NCBI GenBank assembly: GCA_963843505.1
Contig: CAWJKR010000008.1
Coordinates: 465,922 to 529,921, forward strand
Source: Candidatus Aminicenantes bacterium
Lineage (GTDB): Bacteria; Acidobacteriota; Aminicenantia; Aminicenantales; Saccharicenantaceae
Direction: 5' to 3'
Length of the DNA: 64,000 nucleotides
The position numbers and the translations under genes are program-made. Below, in pieces: positions 63,328 through 64,000 of this stretch. Below the pieces are notes generated by a model that did not search any database, had not been told where the DNA came from, and saw only the letters and a list, made by a program, of their open reading frames with translations. The stretch's first letter is position 1, and each line of letters opens with the position of its first letter.

Positions 63328-64000
63328 TCAGTACTTCTGCCAGTCCGGCTTGTGCTCGTTGACCCACACGTAGTAATCGGCCATCTTCAGGTCCGAGGCG
63401 GCGTCCTGGTCGATGACGAGGATGGCCCGCGGGTGCATCTGGAGGATCGAGCCGGGGACCATGGCCGTGACCGGCCCTTCGGCCGCGAGCGCGACGGACC
63501 GGGCCTTTTTCTTGCCGAAGGCCAGGAGCAGGCACATCTTGCTGTCCATGATCGTGCCCAGGCCCATCGTCAGGACGTGGGTCGGCACGTTCTCCTCGCC
63601 CCCGAACGCGTCGGCGGCGCCGCGGCGCGTCTCCTCGGTCAGGGTCTTGATGCGCGTCCGCGACGAGAGCGACGACGACGGCTCGTTGAAGCCGATGTGG
63701 CCGTTCATGCCGATGCCCAGGATCTGGATGTCGATGCCGCCGGCCGAGCGGATGGCTTGTTCGTACTTGCGGCAGGCCGCGGGGATATCCGGGGTCATGC
63801 CGTCGGGGATGTTGATCCGCTCCTTGGGCATGTTGATGTGGCTGAAGAGCTGGGCCCACATGTAGCTGTGGAACGAGGACGGGTGGGCCGGCGGGACGCC
63901 GACGTACTCGTCGAGGTTGAAGCCCGTGACGCCGCTGAAGTCGAGCCCCTCTTCCCGGTGCATGCGGACGAGGTTCCGGTAGAGCTGGAGCGGGGTGTTG
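63328..64000 (-). CDS. nagB: Glucosamine-6-phosphate deaminase (NagB), C-terminal 220-plus aa; the 5' end lies beyond the window.
   Basis: ...LDEYVGVPPAHPSSFHSYMWAQLFSHI...IDIQILGIGMNGHIGFNEP...THVLTMGLGTIMDSKMCLLLAFGKKKA... The reading frame continues to the window edge (…LYRNLVRMHREEG). Confidence 0.75.
   Translation of the reverse strand, partial: NTPLQLYRNLVRMHREEGLDFSGVTGFNLDEYVGVPPAHPSSFHSYMWAQLFSHINMPKERINIPDGMTPDIPAACRKYEQAIRSAGGIDIQILGIGMNGHIGFNEPSSSLSSRTRIKTLTEETRRGAADAFGGEENVPTHVLTMGLGTIMDSKMCLLLAFGKKKARSVALAAEGPVTAMVPGSILQMHPRAILVIDQDAASDLKMADYYVWVNEHKPDWQKY

Overview
High-GC (about 68-70%) bacterial contig, apparently Gram-negative: many lipobox and signal-peptide proteins, an OM beta-barrel, HlyD/MacB-type exporters. 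About 55 protein genes and one tRNA are supportable. Many genes are split into 2-5 frame segments whose translations join cleanly, often at homopolymers (GGGG, CCCCCCC, AAAAAAA), so I read these as indel errors of the assembly rather than true pseudogenes. Where that is the case I report the gene as one CDS with repaired ends. Five things stand out. (1) A tightly packed convergent pair of operons at 3.4-13.7 kb. It combines two TLC/NTT-type ATP:ADP nucleotide transporters, a STAS / FHA-GAF-PP2C / RsbW-like partner-switching module, and three paralogous signal-peptide-bearing proteins with type II PI4-kinase-like catalytic motifs, one of them fused to a calcineurin-like phosphoesterase. I could not place this as a described system. 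(2) A complete selenocysteine-decoding set: selA, then a small Cys-rich ORF, then selD and selB at 49.8-54.4 kb, and a tRNA-Sec (anticodon UCA) at 33.77 kb inside a lower-GC block (31.2-39.7 kb). (3) Two copies, 55 kb apart, of a roughly 85-bp perfect palindromic hairpin element that differ by a compensatory base-pair swap. (4) A TlpA / small Cys-TM / NapH-like redox trio next to a class I fumarase. (5) An MFP-rich ABC exporter with two HlyD proteins read through as one ORF. No CRISPR array, integrase, transposase or rRNA was seen.
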